Assembly: GCA_038279365.1 (NCBI GenBank) | Contig: JAYODI010000004.1 | Span: 21,256-85,255 of the forward strand | DNA length: 64,000 nt | Direction of reading: 5' to 3' | DNA from: Candidatus Latescibacterota bacterium | Lineage (GTDB): Bacteria > Latescibacterota > UBA2968 | In this document: positions 1 through 9,681 of the stretch, piece by piece | Layout: each line of letters begins with the position of its first letter | Position numbering within the stretch: the first letter of the stretch is position 1 | Notes under the pieces: generated by a model | Told to the model about the DNA's origin: nothing | The model's input: only the letters and a program-made list of their open reading frames with translations | The model's database searches: none | Made by a program: the position numbers and the translations under genes

Positions 1-479
1 GGCATGTTGGCATAGGTAAATGACTTAAGCGATCCCCACAAATAGGTACGGGGTTTAACCACGTAGCTGATGTGAAAGGCAAAGCCATTTTTGGCACGAA
101 AGTAATCTTGATAATCGCCTTTGTAAAGAATCGCAAATAAGCTGTTTTCTGCCGTGCGAATGATGTCCCCATCATTGGTAGCGGTGCGATCAAATACGGA
201 GAATTTGAAGCCGTATTTTTTTTGTGTCCATTCCACACCCGTTTCCCAGCGAAAACCCTCACTTTGAATTCCGTATCCCGATTGTGCAAAAACCGAAAAG
301 CCATTCCACGTAGGTGGAGACAGTTTGATTTCGTAACCCGTAAACAAACCTTCCACACGGTTGTATCGGGCATTAAAACCACGCAAGGCATTTCGCAAAT
401 GCTCTTGGCGGTCTGTGGCGGCTTCCGAGGTGAAACTTAAAAGCAGGAGAGCAATGACAATTGTGCAAAGGGTACGCAA
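1..479 (-). CDS. Partial outer-membrane beta-barrel-like protein (DUF5686/BamA-TamA-like), runs off window start
   Basis: Not in ORF track; translated by hand from TTG at 479 (AGGA upstream): MRTLCTIVIALLLLSFTSEAA...FNARYNRVEGLFTGY...GYG...FRWETG...ENSLFAILYKGDYQDYFRAKNGF. Signal peptide plus RYNRVEG motif; open to position 1. Confidence 0.75.
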   Translation of the reverse strand, partial: MRTLCTIVIALLLLSFTSEAATDRQEHLRNALRGFNARYNRVEGLFTGYEIKLSPPTWNGFSVFAQSGYGIQSEGFRWETGVEWTQKKYGFKFSVFDRTATNDGDIIRTAENSLFAILYKGDYQDYFRAKNGFAFHISYVVKPRTYLWGSLKSFTYANM

Positions 480-533
480 GGTAAAATCCTATGGTGTTCT
501 GTGTCTGGCGTAGATAAAGGGAGAGGGTGTGTT

Positions 534-1907
534 TTATTTTTCCAGTTCGTAATATTTGATTTTTTTGTGCAAGTTGGTGCGTTCTATGCCCAAAGACTTT
601 GAGGCTTGGGTCACGTTGCCTTCGTGTCTGTCTAAGGCTTCTGCAATATAATACTTTTCAACGGCTTCACGCACTTCGCGCAAGGTTTTACCCGGTGAAA
701 GGCCAGGAATAGCGCTGCCATTACCTTGTGATTGGTTGGGCACATGAAGGCCATCTAAGGCGGGCAAGTCGGCGGGTGTAATAGTGTCACCACTGACCAT
801 AATAGAAAGACGCTCCACTAAGTTTTTAAGTTCGCGAATGTTGCCCGGCCAATCGTATTGAATTAATAATGTCTCTGCTTCAGGGGAGAGTTCTTTGGGG
901 CGAAATCCATTTTCATCCGCATAAATTTTGAGAAAGTGATTGGCCAATAAGGGCACGTCTTCGCGTCGTTCACGTAAGCTGGGTGCCACAATAGGAACCA
1001 CATTAAGACGAAAATAAAGGTCTTCACGAAACTTACCTTGTTCCACTTCTGAGGCCAAGTCTTTGTTGGTGGCAGCAATAACGCGTACATCCACACGAAA
1101 GGTTTGGTTGCCCCCCACGCGTTCAAATTCACCTTGTTCGAGCGCGCGCAATACCTTGGCTTGTACGTTGAGACTCATGTCGCCAATTTCATCGAGAAAG
1201 AGGGTGCCTTTGTCGGCTTGCAAAAATTTGCCATCTCGAGTTTGTACGGCCCCAGTAAATGCCCCTCTGTCACTGCCAAATAATTCGCTTTCGATAAGTT
1301 CTTCTGGTATGGCGGCACAATTGACTTTGATAAATGGGTTTTGGGCGCGACGGCTGTTTTTGTGAACCGCACGTGCAATAAGTTCCTTGCCAGTGCCACT
1401 GTCGCCCAAAATGAGCACGCGCCCATTGGATGGGGCCACTTTTGAAATCTGGTCCCGAATACTTTGAAGGGCACGGCTTTCACCCACCATTTCATGGCGG
1501 CCTTCAATTTGTTTTTTAAGGTTCTGATTTTCAGTGGCCAGTTCTTTGGTTTGGTGGGCGTGAGCAACAGATAATAAGACTTTTTCGCGTGAGAGAGGTT
1601 TTTCCAAAAAATCGTATGCGCCCAACTTGGTGGCTTGGACGGCGTCTTGTACGGTGCTGTGCCCCGATATCATAATCACAGCGAGGTTTGGGCGAATTTT
1701 GAGCAATTGGGGGAGCAGTTCTAAGCCGTTTATATCGGGCATTACAATGTCAAGCAGGGCAACTTCAATGGGTTCTTTTTGCAAAATATCGAGACCATCT
1801 TTGCCCGATTCAAACGCAAAAACTTCATATCCCTCACCTGTTAAAATCATATCCAGGGTGCGACGAATGTTGCGTTCGTCATCAATGATGAGAATTTTTT
1901 GACCCAT
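534..1907 (-). CDS. ntrX: Sigma54-dependent response regulator (REC-AAA+-Fis HTH), NtrX/NtrC family
   Basis: ILIIDDE/LLDIVMP receiver, GDSGTGKE Walker A, GAFTGA, LFLDEIG, C-terminal HTH. Start moved to ATG at 1907, overlapping kinase stop (TAATG). Confidence 0.9.
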   Translation of the reverse strand: MGQKILIIDDERNIRRTLDMILTGEGYEVFAFESGKDGLDILQKEPIEVALLDIVMPDINGLELLPQLLKIRPNLAVIMISGHSTVQDAVQATKLGAYDFLEKPLSREKVLLSVAHAHQTKELATENQNLKKQIEGRHEMVGESRALQSIRDQISKVAPSNGRVLILGDSGTGKELIARAVHKNSRRAQNPFIKVNCAAIPEELIESELFGSDRGAFTGAVQTRDGKFLQADKGTLFLDEIGDMSLNVQAKVLRALEQGEFERVGGNQTFRVDVRVIAATNKDLASEVEQGKFREDLYFRLNVVPIVAPSLRERREDVPLLANHFLKIYADENGFRPKELSPEAETLLIQYDWPGNIRELKNLVERLSIMVSGDTITPADLPALDGLHVPNQSQGNGSAIPGLSPGKTLREVREAVEKYYIAEALDRHEGNVTQASKSLGIERTNLHKKIKYYELEK

Positions 1908-3364
1908 TAAACGTCTCCTGTTGTCTTTTCTGGTAAAGGCAAACAAATCTCAAACAGTGCACCGCCTGTGGGGGCCTCTGTTACCGATATATGCCCCCGA
2001 TGATCTTCTACGATGCCCCGTACAACAGCAAGCCCCAAACCCATGCCACTGTCTTTGGATGAGATGTAGGGTTGAAAAATGCGCTGACGGTCTTCTTCTC
2101 TTACTCCCGGGCCATTGTCAGAGACGCGCAAAAATACTTCGTCTTCATCAATTTCTGTTTCAATGGCAATTTGGGCTTTTTCACCTGCGGCATCAATCCC
2201 ATTTTCGATGAGGTTGATCAAAACGCGTCTGATTTGCTCAATGTCTACTTGCATGGTGGGCAAGTTGGGTGACAGGTTTTGATGAATACGGGCATCGGGG
2301 TAGAGGCGAATGACATCTTTTACGATGTCGTTGATGTTTTTGGGGGCCAGCAATAAGGCGGGCATACGGGCAAAGTCGGCAAATTCTTGTACGAGCGCAC
2401 GCAAGTTTTCCACTTCTTCCGTGACAATTTCGGTGCAGTCTGTGACCAATTTTTGATACATCGGATCGTCACCAGGATATTTGTCTTTGAGTTGTTGTAC
2501 GGTGAGTTGAATGGGGGTGAGTGGGTTTTTAATTTCGTGTGCCAACCGACGTGCAATTTCTCGCCACGCAGCAATTTGTTCGGCTTCAAGGCGTTTGCGT
2601 CGATTTTCTTTGAGGTCTTCGGCCATTTTATTAAACGATTCAATAAGCAGACCAATTTCGTCTTCTCGCCCCTTTGGAATGCGATATTCAAGGTTGTCGC
2701 GCGCCATTTCTCGGGTGCCCTTAATGAGGGCATAAAGCGGGTTGGTTACGCCAAAACCAATTCGAATCCCAATGAGGGTTGCAAGCAATACCACGCTGGC
2801 AGTGGCGGCCAAAAAGGCCAACAAGAAGGCTTGGTGTAAATCCGATTCGGCCATTTCGATGTGTTTAAATGTTTGTACGGCCTGAGCAATGTTGAGCAAA
2901 ATATCCAAGTGTTGTTCGGCAATGAGAACGGCTTCTGTTTGGTTTTGTATGCGAATGGGCAAGGTGAGTTGCAAAATGTTTTCCGACACCTTAAAAACAT
3001 TGGGTGCCGTAAGGGTGTCTGTTAATGATGTGGTTTTTTCAAAATGCAAGGTGACTTGTTTCAAGTCGTTTTGATTAAAATATGGGCGCAGCATTTCGGG
3101 TTGATTGGCTTGATAGGCTTGGAACAGATCGGCATTTTGTGATATTTTAATGCCCACGTCTGTAAGCATGCGTTTGCGCGTGTCATAGTTTTCTTTGGCC
3201 AATGTAAGGGCGTCGGTAAGGGCATGCCCCATTTCTTGATTCACACTGGATTGCAAGCTAAGATCTAAAAAATGGCGTGCCATAAAGGCCAATGCCACTG
3301 TGGTGCCCAAAGACAACCCCAACAGTGCACCAATAATGCGCCAACGTAATGGAAAAGGTTTCAT
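1907..3364 (-). CDS. ntrY: HAMP-containing sensor histidine kinase, NtrY-like
   Basis: Two TM segments, HAMP, H-box AWREIARRLAHEIKNPLTPIQL, NLIENG, DNGPG, GMGLGL; coupled to the regulator. Confidence 0.85.
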   Translation of the reverse strand: MKPFPLRWRIIGALLGLSLGTTVALAFMARHFLDLSLQSSVNQEMGHALTDALTLAKENYDTRKRMLTDVGIKISQNADLFQAYQANQPEMLRPYFNQNDLKQVTLHFEKTTSLTDTLTAPNVFKVSENILQLTLPIRIQNQTEAVLIAEQHLDILLNIAQAVQTFKHIEMAESDLHQAFLLAFLAATASVVLLATLIGIRIGFGVTNPLYALIKGTREMARDNLEYRIPKGREDEIGLLIESFNKMAEDLKENRRKRLEAEQIAAWREIARRLAHEIKNPLTPIQLTVQQLKDKYPGDDPMYQKLVTDCTEIVTEEVENLRALVQEFADFARMPALLLAPKNINDIVKDVIRLYPDARIHQNLSPNLPTMQVDIEQIRRVLINLIENGIDAAGEKAQIAIETEIDEDEVFLRVSDNGPGVREEDRQRIFQPYISSKDSGMGLGLAVVRGIVEDHRGHISVTEAPTGGALFEICLPLPEKTTGDV

Positions 3365-3996
3365 TGGGCAGGCTCCCGTAAAAGATGTGGGAGTGCACTG
3401 GGGCTAAATTGGAGCAAGTTGACCCAAGGGGTGGGTGGGTTGGGTTTGCCAAATGAAAAGAAAAATTCTAATAAACTGCCTTTGCGCAATATTTTGAGCC
3501 AGCGTCGGGTACGTTCTTGTTGCTCGGGTGTAATGGGGTCAATGTGAACGCGGGCTTGTAGCGTGAGTATTTCATTGGGCAAAGGCAAGCGGGTTAAAGA
3601 CATGCCTTGCATGTGTGTGCAAATATGACGTATCTCTTCAAAGCTGTTTGATGTTAACGTATCAGGTGGGGTCGTTAGGCGTATCAAACGATACTGACCT
3701 TCCCAAATATCGTGATCCAATTGTTTGTTGATTTCTATTTGGGCAATGCGGTTGTTGCCAGATCCTAAGAGCCTCAATTGCAAGGTAATGGAAGCCGTCA
3801 TGCCCGATTCGATGGCATCAATATGGTTTTGGGTAAATGCCGAATCGATGCTGACATCCAATTTGAGGGTATCAGATTGGACGTAGACCTCTAATTGGCT
3901 GGGCGAGAGCTGTTGCGCCAGTGAAGGGGTTGTTAACCCTGCCATCAATATGCACAAAAGCATCATGAGCAGGTTTATGTGGTCATTCAATCGCAT
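3361..3996 (-). CDS. DUF4390-like exported protein
   Basis: Signal peptide, 'DAIESGMTASIT...HDIWEGQY' pattern, position directly upstream of ntrY-like kinase as is usual for DUF4390. Confidence 0.7.
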   Translation of the reverse strand: MRLNDHINLLMMLLCILMAGLTTPSLAQQLSPSQLEVYVQSDTLKLDVSIDSAFTQNHIDAIESGMTASITLQLRLLGSGNNRIAQIEINKQLDHDIWEGQYRLIRLTTPPDTLTSNSFEEIRHICTHMQGMSLTRLPLPNEILTLQARVHIDPITPEQQERTRRWLKILRKGSLLEFFFSFGKPNPPTPWVNLLQFSPSALPHLLREPAQ

Positions 3997-4010
3997 CCCG
4001 TACCCAGCAC

Positions 4011-5309
4011 CTATAGGTCAATGTTAATGCCGCCAAACCGATGCGACTTGACAATGACGGTTCCCGTGGTGATACCAAAGCTGACGTCAATTCTGTTAAA
4101 AAGTAAAAAACCAATACCAATCGAAAAGTCTGTATCTTGCCGGTGTTGGGAGGTGTTGGGTATGGGCCTTCGAACCCCACCAGCCTCGGCAAACGTATAG
4201 GCCCGTCCTATGGGTTTGATCTGTACGCTGTAAACGGCTTCAGCCATAAAAAATTGGGTGCCACCTTCAGGACCAATATCACGGCGGTCTACGCCGCGCA
4301 GTTGGTTTTCACCATCGAGATAAAAGCGTTCATAAAATGGAGGTGTGCCCCAAATTAGCCCTGCTCGCCCGCCAAGGGAGAGCAGGTGGTCGGGGTGGAC
4401 TTGGAAATGGCGGTAGAGCTCGGTGCGCAGGCGCACAAAGTTGGATACCGATCCCAAAACTTCAGAAGAAACATCTAAGCGAGCACCCAAATCCAGGCCC
4501 GGTTTGCTGCCCCAAATGGCCGTAGGTTGTTTGTGAAACTCAATGGTTAAAAAAGAGAGGGCTTCACGGCCTATTGCAGATTCTATTTCGTTGGCAAAAA
4601 CGCCGCCGTTGGTCAAGATGGTGGGTTTGTCAAACGCGCCTACTTGAATGGCCTCAAAGGCATATTTAAAAATAAAGCGGTAGGCGCGGGTGGGCGAGGG
4701 TTGGCCTACGCCGAGGGATGCGCCAATGCGTTCCAAATCATAACGTCCACGCACATGAACATCTGAGCTGCGATACAGGTCTCGGTCGGCTGATGAACCT
4801 GTAACTTGAAAGTGGAAGGACTGATTGGAACGCAAAACCAAGGGGTCGGTGTAGTGAAACCCCCAACTTTTGAAGCGCTCTCCCAAAGTATAGGCGGCGC
4901 CCAAAACTTTGCCAGTACCGTTGAGATTTGCGCGGTGGGCATCTGCAGAGACGCCAAATCCGTTGAGTTCGGTATATTCAAGGCTTAAGCCCAAACCGCC
5001 AAAACGTTTTTCTTGTACATAAACCACCAGTATGGCCAACCCTGCACGGCTACCGGGTTTGGCGTTGACCAAAACGGCTCGAAACATGCTCAGACGTTCG
5101 AGGATTTCGGTGCATCGTTCGATATCGCCTTGTTGCAGTTGGTCGCCTTCTTTGACGGGCAAAACCTGTTGAATAAATTCGGTGCGTGTTTTTTCATTGC
5201 CACGCACGTCAATTTTTTCAATGGAGTGGCCAATTCCACCTTGGGCATACAGATTTTGCGTGAAGGCACAAAACCCAATAAGGGCGATTACGGTAACAAA
5301 TGTGCGCAT
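4011..5309 (-). CDS. Omp85/BamA-TamA family outer-membrane protein with a single POTRA domain
   Basis: Signal peptide, POTRA (IDVRGNEKTRTEFI...LSMFRAV...VQEK), 'PFYERFYLDGENQLRG' loop motif. Start moved to ATG 5309, downstream of the sigma54 promoter. Confidence 0.75.
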   Translation of the reverse strand: MRTFVTVIALIGFCAFTQNLYAQGGIGHSIEKIDVRGNEKTRTEFIQQVLPVKEGDQLQQGDIERCTEILERLSMFRAVLVNAKPGSRAGLAILVVYVQEKRFGGLGLSLEYTELNGFGVSADAHRANLNGTGKVLGAAYTLGERFKSWGFHYTDPLVLRSNQSFHFQVTGSSADRDLYRSSDVHVRGRYDLERIGASLGVGQPSPTRAYRFIFKYAFEAIQVGAFDKPTILTNGGVFANEIESAIGREALSFLTIEFHKQPTAIWGSKPGLDLGARLDVSSEVLGSVSNFVRLRTELYRHFQVHPDHLLSLGGRAGLIWGTPPFYERFYLDGENQLRGVDRRDIGPEGGTQFFMAEAVYSVQIKPIGRAYTFAEAGGVRRPIPNTSQHRQDTDFSIGIGFLLFNRIDVSFGITTGTVIVKSHRFGGINIDL

Positions 5310-5350
5310 AAATAAACCCACCTGAAACAAGATTGTTTTTCAGGAAGAAT

Positions 5351-5366
5351 GGCAAGAATCGTGCCG
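5351..5366 (-). promoter_or_regulatory. Sigma54 (-24/-12) promoter of the Omp85-DUF4390-ntrY-ntrX operon
   Basis: Minus strand CGGCACGATTCTTGCC = GG-N10-GC with GGCACG and TTGC, ~40 bp upstream of ATG 5309. Confidence 0.75.
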
Positions 5367-5483
5367 ATCAAGTTTGAGGAATTTGGAGATGTGATTTTTT
5401 TTCAAGTGTCTTAAAAATAAGGTATTATATTGTGATGCCTTTTTCAAAAAAACATACCTTTACGTGAAACGATAAGACATGTG

Positions 5484-5499
5484 TGTTTTTTTTGCAACA
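5484..5499. promoter_or_regulatory. Candidate upstream activator site TGT-N10-ACA
   Basis: TGTTTTTTTTGCAACA ~120 bp upstream of the sigma54 promoter, a typical enhancer distance; short motif in AT-rich DNA. Confidence 0.35.
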
Positions 5500-5656
5500 G
5501 GATAAATGGTGAGTATGATACGCCCGAGTATATGCTTGGTGGGATTGTGAAATTTAAAGTTGTGTTGTATGTGGTGGGGGGGAGGGTTTGACAGATCGAT
5601 TTTGACGGTTCATACAAGGCATCGGGTGATTTTTTGCTTTTGAGAGAGGATGGAAT

Positions 5657-6277
5657 ATGTCAGACATTTTGGTGGTGGGCATCACTGGTGGATCTGCGGC
5701 CGGTAAGACGACGTTTGCAAGTGCTTTGGTAGATGCGTTGCATCCTTTGCCGATTGTGACATTGAATCAAGATCGCTATTTTCGCGATTGGGACGATGTG
5801 CCCGAAAAAGAGCGCGAAGCCCAGCGCACATCCAATCACCCCCGTGCGGTTTTGTGGGATCATTTGACCCAACATGTTCAGGCACTAAAGGCGGGTGAGG
5901 CGATTGCTGTTCCTATTCCGGGTACGCGAGCGATGAAGCGCGGGGAAACACCCACGACCATAGAAAGTTGTCCACTGGTTTTGGTCGAGGGGCATTTGGT
6001 GTTTGGGCACGAGCCGTTGCGTGCGCTCATGGATGTGAAGGTGTTTTTGGATGTGGATACACACGAGCGGGTGTTGCGACGGATGTTGCGCGATACATCT
6101 CGGGGAAATATGGATTTGGAAGCGGCTGTGGCTTGGTATCGACGTGATGTGATTCCCAATTTTTCGGTGCATACCGAACCCACGCGCCGGTTTGCCGATC
6201 TTATTGTGCCATTTGAAGGCGAGGTGGATCGGGCCATTGAGGTGATTGCCAATGGGATAAAAGGGATGATGATTTAA
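5657..6277 (+). CDS. udk: Uridine/cytidine kinase family P-loop kinase
   Basis: VVGITGGSAAGKTT, QDRYF, NHP, VLVEG, RRMLRD...RG, EPTRRFAD; RBS GAGGA. Confidence 0.8.
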   Translation: MSDILVVGITGGSAAGKTTFASALVDALHPLPIVTLNQDRYFRDWDDVPEKEREAQRTSNHPRAVLWDHLTQHVQALKAGEAIAVPIPGTRAMKRGETPTTIESCPLVLVEGHLVFGHEPLRALMDVKVFLDVDTHERVLRRMLRDTSRGNMDLEAAVAWYRRDVIPNFSVHTEPTRRFADLIVPFEGEVDRAIEVIANGIKGMMI

Positions 6278-7578
6278 TCCATTAATCGGGCGTTGTATTG
6301 GCGGGATGTATTTTTGAAACCATGAAATGACCGTTTTGCATCTAATTGGGTGGTGTAAATAAATATTTCTGTTGCCCACGGATTATAAATCAAGAGGTCG
6401 TCGTGGTGGTCTTGGCAGAAGTTGCCCGGAATACAGTGATACCATCCCATTTTTTCAGGGCCAATAGGAGGAGGCAAGTTGGGCAGTGGGTAGGCATTGC
6501 CGCAGCCGTCAAACAGAGTGCCTCCATTGTAAATCAGGTCTATGCCACCGTTCCAATGAATGACTTCCATGCCGGTTTCATTGGGTGAGTGATTCAGTGA
6601 AAAATTTTGGATAATATTGCCTTTTTGATCTGCAATTAACAGATCTGGATTGTGCCCGTTGTAGCGAATGGCCATTTGGGGATGCGCGCGATCGGATAAA
6701 AAATGGCCCACGCGCACTTCTTGTCCGTGGGGTACTTTGTTTTCGCCCAAAGACAAAATAACTTCCCCATCTTGGTCGAGCACGTGGCCTCCTCCTGAGC
6801 AAATGGCACGAGGTGTGTTTGCATCCCAGTTCACAATGGCCACAGAGTCCATATTGGGAGCCAGTTGTTTTTCCCAGCGTGGTGTGCCATTGGCATTAAG
6901 GATGTAGTAACCCCCATTGATTTCGTCTAAACCGTCGTTGTTCAGGTCACCAATAGCAGGGATATACGCGGAGCATTGGCTGTATGTGTTCCAGGGTATG
7001 GTATATTGCCACAAAAGATTGAGGTGGTTATCAAAGGTGAGGAGCTTTTCTCCCAATTTTATGACAAGGTCTTGTGCATACGGTGTGCCACGTAGGTTTG
7101 CGATGAGCAATCTTTGGTGGCACCAATTGGGGCCCCATCCTGTTGCGTTTTGTATCGCGGCGGGATTTTTTTCTGTGATGATCTGTCCCGTTTGGCCATT
7201 TCGGATCTGAAAAACAACATCAGTCATGGCCTCCTTGGGGGTTCCTTTTTGTGGGCAATGATAAAAGCAAATCACTTCGTCGCACCCATCGCCATTGATG
7301 TCATAAAGGGTCACGGAAGCCGGCCGAAGGGGTTGGTTGCCACCCGATCCCACTTGCCAAAGAACATCACCTGATTCGGTGAATGCGGCCAAAAAACAAG
7401 GTTTAAGTTCGCTTTGGGCATCGCAGCGATAAACCAAAAAGTCGGCTCTGCCATTGCCTGTAAGGTCGCCAACACGAATATCACCACCAAATTTTATGGT
7501 TTGATTCTGCCATTCGGTTTGGGTGCACAGTGATTGGGGGATCGGAATTCGCTTTTGATACAAGGTGGGCATATTCAT
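6274..7578 (-). CDS. FG-GAP/VCBS-type beta-propeller protein (rhamnogalacturonan lyase family 11-like)
   Basis: Repeated Ca-binding loops GDLTGNGRADF, YDINGDGCDEV, GDLNNDGLDEI. Start moved to ATG 7578 (ATGA overlap with ABC ATPase stop). Confidence 0.6.
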   Translation of the reverse strand: MNMPTLYQKRIPIPQSLCTQTEWQNQTIKFGGDIRVGDLTGNGRADFLVYRCDAQSELKPCFLAAFTESGDVLWQVGSGGNQPLRPASVTLYDINGDGCDEVICFYHCPQKGTPKEAMTDVVFQIRNGQTGQIITEKNPAAIQNATGWGPNWCHQRLLIANLRGTPYAQDLVIKLGEKLLTFDNHLNLLWQYTIPWNTYSQCSAYIPAIGDLNNDGLDEINGGYYILNANGTPRWEKQLAPNMDSVAIVNWDANTPRAICSGGGHVLDQDGEVILSLGENKVPHGQEVRVGHFLSDRAHPQMAIRYNGHNPDLLIADQKGNIIQNFSLNHSPNETGMEVIHWNGGIDLIYNGGTLFDGCGNAYPLPNLPPPIGPEKMGWYHCIPGNFCQDHHDDLLIYNPWATEIFIYTTQLDAKRSFHGFKNTSRQYNARLMD

Positions 7579-8615
7579 ACTTTGGGCCAAATCATGAGGT
7601 GATTTTGGATGATGTTTGGGTAGATGGTGTCGCCAACATTGTGGGCAGAGTGACCAGATAGGAGAAGGTGAATGGGCTCGTTTGCCCAATGGGCAAGTAA
7701 GATGGTGGAAGGTCCCATGTCTTCGATGACGGCAATGGTTGCAGGTATTTTACCACCGTCTAAGGTGATTGCTTCAGGGCGAATACCCAATGTGGCTTTG
7801 GGTGGGCTGTTTGGGTGGGCTTCAACAATAGGATGGTGCGATGATGTGTGCCAATACCCATTTACCTGATAGGCATCGATCAAGTTGATGGGGGGGTAAC
7901 CGAGTTGGCGAGCGATGCCGGGTGTGTGGGGGTGGTTGTAAATGTCTTGAGGGGAACCGGTTTGTAAGATGTGCCCTTCAGACAAGACCACAATGCGATC
8001 TGCAATGGAGAGGGCTTCTGTTTGATCGTGGGTCACGTAGATCATGGGGATGCGCAATTCGCGCTGAAGGCGAATGATTTCCACGCGCAATATTTCACGC
8101 AATTTGGCATCGAGGTTGGTGAGGGGCTCATCCAGCAAAAAAAGTTTGGGGCGGCGCACGATCGCCCGGCCAATGGCCACCCGTTGCATTTCTCCCCCCG
8201 AAAGATGCGTGGCGGGGCGATTGAGTAAGGGGGTGATGTGAAGGGTTTCGGCCACGCCTAAGATGCGCGTTTCAATTTCACTTTCTGTGAGATTTTGTTT
8301 GGGCGCACGCAGTGGAAAGGCGAGGTTTTCTTTGACGGTTTTGTTGGGGTAGAGCGAAAAATTTTGAAAAACAAGTGCGATGTCGCGTTCGGCGGGTGGG
8401 GTATGTGTGATGTCTATGCCGTGCAGTGTGATGTGGCCACAATTGGGTTCTTCCAAACCGGCAAGGGTGCGCAAGAGTGTGGTTTTGCCAGCACCCGTTG
8501 GTCCAAGAACAACCAATCTTTCTCCGGCATGCAGGTCTAAAAATATCTCTGAAAGTGCTTGGGTTTGTCCAAATGTTTTGCTCACATTTGTGAGTGTGAG
8601 AATGGGCGCACTCAT
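7575..8615 (-). CDS. Carbohydrate ABC transporter ATP-binding subunit (MalK-like)
   Basis: GPTGAGKT, LSGGEMQR, LLDEP, YVTHDQ, TOBE-like tail. Confidence 0.92.
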   Translation of the reverse strand: MSAPILTLTNVSKTFGQTQALSEIFLDLHAGERLVVLGPTGAGKTTLLRTLAGLEEPNCGHITLHGIDITHTPPAERDIALVFQNFSLYPNKTVKENLAFPLRAPKQNLTESEIETRILGVAETLHITPLLNRPATHLSGGEMQRVAIGRAIVRRPKLFLLDEPLTNLDAKLREILRVEIIRLQRELRIPMIYVTHDQTEALSIADRIVVLSEGHILQTGSPQDIYNHPHTPGIARQLGYPPINLIDAYQVNGYWHTSSHHPIVEAHPNSPPKATLGIRPEAITLDGGKIPATIAVIEDMGPSTILLAHWANEPIHLLLSGHSAHNVGDTIYPNIIQNHLMIWPKV

Positions 8616-9667
8616 GAGATGGCCTTTCCTGTTTCTGTGTTGAACAGGCGAATCTGCTCGGGGGCAAATGCAACTTGAATGATGTCTCCTATGGAGAAGG
8701 AAATATCAAGGGATGTGCGCATAATGAGGTTTCCCACAGAAGTGTCTAAGTGAACGTAGTGGTGGCTCCCGTGGTATTCAATAATGGAGATTTGGGCATC
8801 TATGCCATTGGGCGACGGGGAGATAAATTCGGGGCGAATCCCCAGTGTGGTTGGACCTTCATGTGTGGTGTTTGGGATGGGGAGTGCCGTGTTTGATGTC
8901 TGAAACACGGTTTTGTCGTTTTGTGAGAGGGTGCCAGCAATGAGGTTCATACCTGGGCTGCCCACAAAGTTTGCAACAAAAAGATCGGCAGGATAATGGT
9001 AAATATCGCTTGGGCGACCTACTTGGCGAATCAAACCGTCGTCCATGACCACCATGCGATCTGCCAAGCTCATGGCCTCTTCTTGGTCGTGGGTGACATA
9101 AATGGCAGTGACTGAGAGGGCCAGTTGTTGGGCGCGAATAAATTCTCGTAACTCAAGACGGTGGTCGGCGTCTAAGGTGCCCAAGGGTTCATCCATGAGA
9201 TAGATATCGGGCTGGCGAACCATTGCACGAGCAAGTGACACGCGTTGTTGATCTCCGCCACTGAGTTGGCTGGGGTGATGGTTTAACAATGTGGTGATGC
9301 CCAATGCATCGGACACACGATGGATGGTGGTTTCGATGTCTGATGGTGGTGTGCGCATGTTTTCTAATGGAAAAGCGATGTTTTGACGCACGGTCATGTG
9401 TGGGTATAGGGCGTAAAACTGAAAGACAAAACCAATGTCGCGTTGAGAAGCTTGTGTGTGCGTGATGTCTTTTTGATTGAGTATGATCCGACCTGCCGAA
9501 GGGATTTCAAGGCCGGCAATCATGCGCAATGTGGTGGTTTTGCCACAGCCCGATGGGCCCAGCAAAACCACAAACTCGCCCTTTTGAATGGTCAGATCAA
9601 TACCCTTTACGGCCAGTGTGCCATCGGGGTATGTTTTTTGAAGGTTGTTGAGTTGAAGAAAAGACAT
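8612..9667 (-). CDS. Carbohydrate ABC transporter ATP-binding subunit (MalK-like)
   Basis: GPSGCGKT, LSGGDQQR, LMDEP, YVTHDQEEA. Confidence 0.92.
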   Translation of the reverse strand: MSFLQLNNLQKTYPDGTLAVKGIDLTIQKGEFVVLLGPSGCGKTTTLRMIAGLEIPSAGRIILNQKDITHTQASQRDIGFVFQFYALYPHMTVRQNIAFPLENMRTPPSDIETTIHRVSDALGITTLLNHHPSQLSGGDQQRVSLARAMVRQPDIYLMDEPLGTLDADHRLELREFIRAQQLALSVTAIYVTHDQEEAMSLADRMVVMDDGLIRQVGRPSDIYHYPADLFVANFVGSPGMNLIAGTLSQNDKTVFQTSNTALPIPNTTHEGPTTLGIRPEFISPSPNGIDAQISIIEYHGSHHYVHLDTSVGNLIMRTSLDISFSIGDIIQVAFAPEQIRLFNTETGKAIS

Positions 9668-9681
9668 TGTATATCAATCGC

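Noticed and set aside
222-440. 72-aa + strand ORF
   Set aside because: Antisense shadow of the partial minus-strand outer-membrane gene at 1..479.
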